64,000 nt of DNA from Ramazzottius varieornatus (Eukaryota > Animalia > Tardigrada): NCBI GenBank assembly GCA_001949185.1, contig BDGG01000005.1, positions 2,035,249 through 2,099,248 of the forward strand. The letters are read 5' to 3'. Shown piece after piece: positions 62,905-64,000 of the stretch. The notes below the pieces were generated by a model. It worked only from the letters and a program-made list of their open reading frames with translations. It searched no databases and had not been told where the DNA came from. The position numbers and the translations under genes were made by a program. How positions within the stretch are numbered: the first letter of the stretch is position 1; every line of letters begins with the position of its first letter.

Positions 62905-64000
62905 ATGAGGACGTACCTTTTGCTCGTTGCTCTAGCGGTGGCGGTTAGTTGGGTGTCTTTCATGAGTCTGTACTGTACCTAGTAAAACTATGATGTTGGG
63001 CTTTGTAGGCAGGAGCAGCTCGGGAACGTAGTTGGGAGCGAACCCGCGGAAGTCAAGACGATGATTTCGGCGTTTCCGACCGTCAGCGTTCAAGGCTCAA
63101 TCCTCTTACGGCAAGTGAAAACCCATCAACCAACTATATACGGATAAAAACAGAAATCTTACGATTAAACAATGATGGAGGAATAAAAAGCAACGGAGCC
63201 AGCTGCGATGTGTTCGGCACGTGCGACCCGGTAAGGGGCTCGACCTATTCTAATTCAACTGAATGTTCACGTTTACCTTCTGGCAAAATCCTGTCTACAG
63301 GTCTGCTACGCGAACTTGGACACGTAAGCTACTCGGCGAAGAGACTTGTAACTGAGACTCAGGCATCCAAACACAGCAAGAACGTTCCAAGTGGCGCACG
63401 TTTACGGTCATTAACACTGGAAACGTGCGCCACTGAAACAATAAACTGTTGAGTTTGATTGTCTTGCTCCGGGCACGCAGTTGTTTTTGGAATGCCACAG
63501 TTGGTGGGTTCTTCCAGAGAGCGTCCAAATGCTGACTGGCCGGGTGCGAAGCCAGACACGACATGGATGACCGTCTTCGGAGTCGATGATAACAACAGCC
63601 CTATAATCAACGTCGCCATACACAAAGACATCTGCGGAGCTGCGTATCACGTGAGAAAATTCACCTTCCTCACCGCGAGCTACATGGTAGGAAGTCCTGT
63701 CGTTGTAGGAAGCTAATCTTCGGGTCAAGTGTATGGACAGGGATCCCGCCACGAAAGATGACCTGATTAACGAGTTCGACTGCCCCATCAACAGACTTCC
63801 ATCGAGGACTGAAAGCGCCAAAGACTGGTCGCCCATCACGAACTGTCTTCCCAGACATGTACCGGACAAAATGGGGTATGAACGTTGAAACTATCTTAAG
63901 GCTTGTACTTACTTGTCGTGGCATCTTTCGCGGCCCTTATTTATGATTGTTGCTTCTTAGTCTGACTTTCCGCTACCAAGTCTACCGGATCCCGAAGAGC
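62905..64000 (+). CDS. Secreted C2-domain-like protein (continues past window end)
   Basis: Signal peptide MRTYLLLVALAVAVSWA; spliced product has DVFGTCDPVCYA, DDNNSPIIN and LRVKCMDRDPATKDDLI. Confidence 0.55.
63354..63471. mobile_element. Palindromic element family A (C2-like gene intron)
   Basis: CCAAGTGGCGCAC-N25-GTGCGCCACTG. Confidence 0.8.

Noticed and set aside
2863-63471. Family-A palindromes as a CRISPR array, bacterial REP or attC sites, or terminators
   Set aside because: They are dispersed singly in spliceosomal introns of a eukaryotic genome, with no repeat-spacer periodicity and no cas or integrase genes.
2863-63471. Family-A elements as intronic snoRNAs, miRNAs or introner elements
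   Set aside because: They occur in both orientations relative to transcription, show no consistent C/D or H/ACA boxes, and their ends do not coincide with splice sites.

Overview
Eukaryotic, gene-dense window with short spliceosomal introns (mostly about 50-100 nt) and roughly balanced GC, from a compact invertebrate genome. The gene content (animal alternative oxidase, SoxF, Shaw/Kv3, SPAG6, HORMAD) and intron style are tardigrade-like, but that assignment is inference only. About 22 protein-coding genes were reconstructed by eye: DIS3L2 plus a frameshifted, catalytically dead tandem copy; a glycan-modification neighbourhood at 9.8-24.2 kb (three SGNH/PC-esterase-type genes, an intronless HtrL/YibB-family gene, a double-domain GT32 and a GT10 fucosyltransferase) interleaved with Shaw and a Gly/Tyr-rich secreted protein; a DOMON-cytochrome b561 reductase; AOX; NARS2; a HORMA protein; SoxF; SPAG6; an adenylate kinase with a Ser-Pro-Cys-Gly repeat tail; a zinc-finger gene with a Mutator/FAR1-like DNA-binding domain; SERF; ARP8; LSm6; annexin; a CFAP100-like coiled-coil gene; and a secreted C2-like protein. 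The main non-coding signal is a ~120-bp palindromic element with core CAAGTGGCGCAC-N24/25-GTGCGCCACTTG, found at 18 loci. Sixteen of these are in introns, in both orientations, and several have 4-bp A/T-rich target-site duplications and arms that vary together. At least five other inverted-repeat elements are present. Exon boundaries were read manually and are approximate.
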